A stretch of DNA of 64,000 bases, taken from Epithemia pelagica. Lineage: Eukaryota; Protista; Bacillariophyta. Under the pieces are notes generated by a model that was not told where the DNA came from, searched no databases, and saw only the letters and a list, made by a program, of their open reading frames with translations. The stretch is taken from assembly GCA_946965045.2 (NCBI GenBank), contig OX337234.1, positions 310,001-374,000 on the forward strand, written 5' to 3'. Within the stretch, counting starts at the first letter, position 1, and every line of letters starts with the position of its first letter. Of this stretch, positions 59,956 to 64,000 are shown in pieces. A program made the translations under genes and the position numbers.

Positions 59956-60459
59956 TTAACCTGGCATTTTCCCCAAATTGACAGCGGGGTTTGATTTTAA
60001 GGTCTTCTTCGTGCTGGTCAATTTCTTGAAGTTCAGGTAACGAACTTTTCCAAAGAACGAATTTTGGAAATTTCGAAAGAGCTTCTTCGGAGGTGGACAA
60101 AACGAGACATATGATTTCTCTTGTTTGATTTCATCCTTTCGGCTTTGTGTCAAGGGTCCCTCGTCCGTAGGAGCAGGAGCAGCAACTTGTTGAGAGTTGT
60201 CTTCATTGTTGGCTGTTGTAGGAGGCGCCTGGTTTTCATTTTCTCTTTCATTGGTTGTTGTCGGTGGGTTCGTGGGTTCTTCATTGTTGTCGTCACCTCC
60301 AGTTGCTGACGATAGTCGAGCTTCTTTGGAGGATTGAGATGACTGCTGTTGATTCTTTCTTTGGGGAGCCATGGCATACATGAATGTCGCTGATGAAAGA
60401 CTGGAAACAGCAGGGGAGTTCAAATCTACTTCAATGTCCTCGATTGGCAACAAAGACAT
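59956..60459 (-). CDS. Probable N-terminal segment/first exon of the hAT transposase
   Basis: Same strand and frame as the transposase ORF. Only a TAA (59958-59956) plus 5 sense codons separate them. Disordered N-terminus followed by a basic/aromatic segment. Confidence 0.65.
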   Translation of the reverse strand: MSLLPIEDIEVDLNSPAVSSLSSATFMYAMAPQRKNQQQSSQSSKEARLSSATGGDDNNEEPTNPPTTTNERENENQAPPTTANNEDNSQQVAAPAPTDEGPLTQSRKDEIKQEKSYVSFCPPPKKLFRNFQNSFFGKVRYLNFKKLTSTKKTLKSNPAVNLGKMPG

Positions 60460-61052
60460 GTGCTTTCAACCAGAGATTGGTTGTTTGATTCCGACAGTGT
60501 CAACTGGAAAAATCACACCTCATTCGTGTGCTGTAACGCTGCAACAAGCCACAGCAGAGGTGAAGAGATTGTGTTTTGGGTTCAGTGTTAAGAGGTAAGA
60601 AAGAGGTAAGGGGCCAGTACCGATTATATCTTGTTGACTGTGTTTGTTACTGTAGGATAGTGCGAAGTGACCAAGTGTCAAGTGTCGACAGTCGACACTG
60701 ACACTAGTTGCAATGAAGTAAAATTACAACTTGATTTGGAGAATTTAGTTCTAATCTTGAGACTTGCAATTAGACTTCAGACTTCGAGTCACTAAGTGGA
60801 GACATGTAACTTGATTGAACTATGTGAGAAAATTGCAACTTGGATAATTACATTAGTGTGTGCCAATGTTCCGGTAATAAGAGCTTGTAAATAACTAAGT
60901 TGGATGGGTCCAAGTCAAGTTCGATGAAAAATGTGAGCAATTTGACTTTGTGAAAAAAGTTCGTTTGAGAAAGGCTAGTAATGTGATTTGATTTGTGAAA
61001 TTATGGTGAAAAAGTTCAAAAGTTGCAGAACTTAGAAAATTTTTCGCTAGTG

Positions 61053-61066
61053 ACTTCCACACCCTG
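61053..61066 (-). repeat. Right TIR of hAT element
   Basis: ACTTCCACACCCTG followed by GTGCGCAT. Confidence 0.95.
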
Positions 61067-61783
61067 GTGCGCATGGAGGGTCGTTTGGGGGGAGTGTCGG
61101 GCGCGCAACGGCTCACAAATTCCAAACCCACAGCCCATCAAACCAAAAAAAGTGGCCATGGCGTCGGTGCCGTCCTCGAAATGGTTCTGTCATCCCCCCA
61201 TAAAAGAGAACATGAAGAAGATGAAGGAGAAGAAGGCGATTGCAGTGGTACGAATGGCAGAACAACCACAACAACAACAATGGCAACCGATCGAGTTCAA
61301 CGGTGGATTGTTGTGGGTCTGTTGTGTTTGTGGAGTGCCTCGATTCCCTTTCGGTATTCGTACGGAACAACAAGCACTAGGATGATTCGTACTACCACCA
61401 CACTCACTCTCACCCAATCACCACCACCACAACGACGGCAGTTGCAACCATGGTCGTCATCACCAACAACACCTCCATCCTCCTGTGGCGGCTAAGCTCA
61501 AGCAGCAAGATGAATCTCTATACATTATGGGAGAGGAAACGATATCACAGTTCCTCGGCCCAAACGGAAAACCGGCTGGCCAATGTAGGCCCCTGTCTAT
61601 CTTTGGCATATCGCATTCGATCTCTGCTGCCAGAACACAGAGACCATATCTACGATGGGACACAGTCGAACCAAAACACGACAGTCATGACAATAAAAGT
61701 ATTCATTTCCTGGCGACCAAGACCCGTCTCCACAGAACCTGTTGACACAGGGTCCGAAAGAAAAGCATGAGTGTGTTGTGCTG

Positions 61784-62911
61784 TTAGCTTGGAACTTTGC
61801 CGATCTCCAAAAAACGTGCAAAGAGCCAACTCTTCTTATCCACAAGTGACAGTGTTTCACACGAAAACTCTTCTCCACTACTGTGACTAATCACAGCAAG
61901 AGTATTCGACGAAGACACCAGGTCACAACCACCCCTCCTCTTTGTCAAGTCCGGAAGCTCCCAAACCAGGTTTCTCACAGTATCCAAAACCTCCACAGCA
62001 AATACGGATTGATAGCTGTCATCGCATCCTCCTGCAACGACAAGACAGGAGCCCACTTGGACTGCAGAAAATACAGCTCTCGACTTGTTCAAAACGAGTT
62101 TCTTGTGGACGGTCCAAGACTTTGTCGACAATGCGACAGTGGATGCGGCAGTAGGAGCATCCAACCAGCCATCAAACTCCAGGTATTCGACAGATTTCAG
62201 GCAACTGGCGAAAAGTGTTTTCCACCCACCAACAGCATAGATGCGTGGACCTACCACAGCTAAAGCAAAAGCGCTTCGACCTTCTTTCAATGGTGGCCCA
62301 GATACGACCGAATACGGATTCCCAGATGCCGTATCCAGGATCTCCACGGATGATAAGCAATTGTCGTATCCAGAAATGCATCCGCCCGTCACCACAATAA
62401 ATCTGTCGGAAACAGCGACAGCCGCGCAGCCATATCGTTTACTGGTCAAACGACAATTCAACATCTTCCATCCCGTGGAGCTGTTACTGCAAGATGATGA
62501 TGATGAAGGAAGTAAATCGCCGACATGGATACGTTCAATAGTATCCAAGGCAGTTCGGCCATTGTGTCCGCCAATGGCATAAACAGCGCCATTGCATACC
62601 ACGGAAGCAAGTCTTCTTCGTTTTTCTTGTAAAGGCGGTCCAGTTTGCCATCTTGAATCGTCAACGTTCCAGAGACTTACTGAATTTGTTGCACCATGAA
62701 CCGGCCATCCTCCCAACAAAACCACCATCTTGTCGCGGTTCATGGCTGGATGATGAACAAGAACCGACGCATGGCCCCCCATATGCCGCCCCATGAGTGT
62801 AGTCCAGTTTTCACTAGATGGCCTCCACTGTGGTTCTATTTTGTCCTTGCTGTCGGTAAAGACCAATCCTGACAACAACGCTTGTTCCTGAACCTTCATA
62901 CTTGCGGGCAT
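61784..62911 (-). CDS. Kelch-repeat protein, array copy 12
   Basis: Intact ORF; ATG at 62911 (MPASMKVQEQ). Upstream spacer modules continue to the window edge, so the array may extend further. Confidence 0.9.
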   Translation of the reverse strand: MPASMKVQEQALLSGLVFTDSKDKIEPQWRPSSENWTTLMGRHMGGHASVLVHHPAMNRDKMVVLLGGWPVHGATNSVSLWNVDDSRWQTGPPLQEKRRRLASVVCNGAVYAIGGHNGRTALDTIERIHVGDLLPSSSSSCSNSSTGWKMLNCRLTSKRYGCAAVAVSDRFIVVTGGCISGYDNCLSSVEILDTASGNPYSVVSGPPLKEGRSAFALAVVGPRIYAVGGWKTLFASCLKSVEYLEFDGWLDAPTAASTVALSTKSWTVHKKLVLNKSRAVFSAVQVGSCLVVAGGCDDSYQSVFAVEVLDTVRNLVWELPDLTKRRGGCDLVSSSNTLAVISHSSGEEFSCETLSLVDKKSWLFARFLEIGKVPS

Positions 62912-64000
62912 TGGACTTTTTTTGTGGAACAGGTGAAAAAGGTCCTTTTCCTCTGCGTGGGGCGCTTTCTTTTTGTGGCACAAAGACGAGTTTTGGTGGG
63001 TGCTTGTTGTTCCCTCCAAAGAAACAATATGTGTTTTGGATGTGTTCCGATTGACTGTTGCGTTCTCGTTCCTGGAATCTGAAGGTTATGGGGGTTGGCG
63101 TTGACTACGACTGATTCGTGCTCGTTCTTTATCCAACATCATTCGACCGATCCAAATCAGTCATATGTTGGGAAAGTCAGCCACTGATTGGAAGGGAAAG
63201 CAGTGGAGCGGTTTCGATGGTTGAGAGGAGACACCTCGACGGATCACAAGAGGTGCTGATTCGCACCGGATCCCAGGCAGGTGTGGCATGTCTGTCCGAA
63301 TGGATCGATTGCCTTTTCAGCAGACAACGGTTGCTTGATTCGTCTCCGAGGGCATTTAGAGGGATGCCGTCTTAGAATGCATAACTGATGCGTCGCTTCA
63401 TAGCACGATTCATGGTAGATAAGACAATCACCTTCGACATCACGGATTTCCAATATTCGGTCCAGGTCCCGACCTATCCACAACTTTGCCACCTCGGAAA
63501 TCCACCATGATGGCCTTCTGAGCGCCGTCACATACATCTTCCATGTCGGTTGCTTTTTTGGCACAATCAATCACCACCCCAACAGGGATATCTTGGCGAT
63601 TCTTCTTGCGAGCACGATGGCGACGAAGAGAAACCATCCCCTTGTCTTGATTGCTTCTTCTTCTTCCTCCTCCTTATTTCTTGCCACTACCCACTTCCGG
63701 AAGGGAATCGGCGTCCATCGTTCGAAAAGTAGCCAGAACGGCCCTGGGTGTCCTTCCAACAAGTACTATAGAACAAGAATGACATCCATTCCATCATCAG
63801 TACTGCAGACTCAACCGAACGAACCACGAAACAACGGGGCAGAACCATCGCTGCAGAGATGGATTGGGGTGTCGTCAGAACTTGTAGATTGGAAAAACTG
63901 GGCGATCGTCTCAATCGTGGACAGGAATTTGACTCCATGAAGCAGATCTCGTTCCCATGGCGGTAATCTTGCAAGATGTTGTTGTAGAGTGTTGGGGACA

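Larger units (their letters stand above)
54143..61066. mobile_element. Full-length hAT-superfamily DNA transposon (6,924 bp) with a DNA glycosylase cargo gene
   Basis: Exact 14 bp TIRs CAGGGTGTGGAAGT (54143-54156; reverse complement 61053-61066). Exact 8 bp TSD GTGCGCAT (54135-54142; 61067-61074). Internal hAT transposase. The flanks rejoin into the array spacer seen uninterrupted near 28808 and 50590. Confidence 0.96.

Noticed and set aside
13743-63000. Many 60-170 aa plus-strand ORFs recurring over the kelch genes (e.g. MPISNKRAKSQ..., MREPTTAIAK...)
   Set aside because: Antisense shadows of the kelch coding frame. They recur only because the genes are duplicated, and their lengths and stops vary freely.
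1-64000. tRNA, rRNA, telomeric repeats, LTR/RT domains
   Set aside because: None recognised by eye. A tRNAscan/Infernal/RepeatMasker run would be needed to exclude them formally.

Overview
Eukaryotic, gene-dense DNA, most likely a pennate diatom or similar stramenopile. The evidence is short GT-AG introns of 109-148 bp, a bipartite signal plus plastid-type presequence, a hybrid histidine kinase and abundant (CAA)n coding microsatellites. The first ~13 kb hold ordinary single-copy genes (MYCBP-like, MMAA/MeaB GTPase, PAS hybrid histidine kinase, an unknown protein, a putative plastid/thylakoid protein), plus a PLD-like pseudogene and a MITE inside a tandem repeat. From ~13 kb to the window end lies an irregular tandem array of 12 intronless kelch beta-propeller genes: 11 on the minus strand (2 disrupted) and 1 divergent copy on the plus strand. 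Their inter-strand loops are hypervariable and at least one copy is a mosaic of its neighbours. Three insertions interrupt the array. (i) A ~6.7 kb block carries a cytosolic LRR-helical-TIR gene head-to-head with the divergent kelch gene. (ii) A Crinkler-type NTPase/PD-(D/E)xK nuclease remnant. (iii) A complete 6,924 bp hAT DNA transposon (54143-61066; exact 14 bp TIRs, exact 8 bp TSD) carrying, tail-to-tail with its transposase, an intact endonuclease III-like HhH-GPD DNA glycosylase gene. The hAT-plus-glycosylase element and the diversifying kelch/LRR-TIR cluster are the best candidates for undescribed systems. All family assignments come from motif recognition by eye; no database searches were run. 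Many ORF-track starts are near-cognate codons and were moved to the likely ATG.
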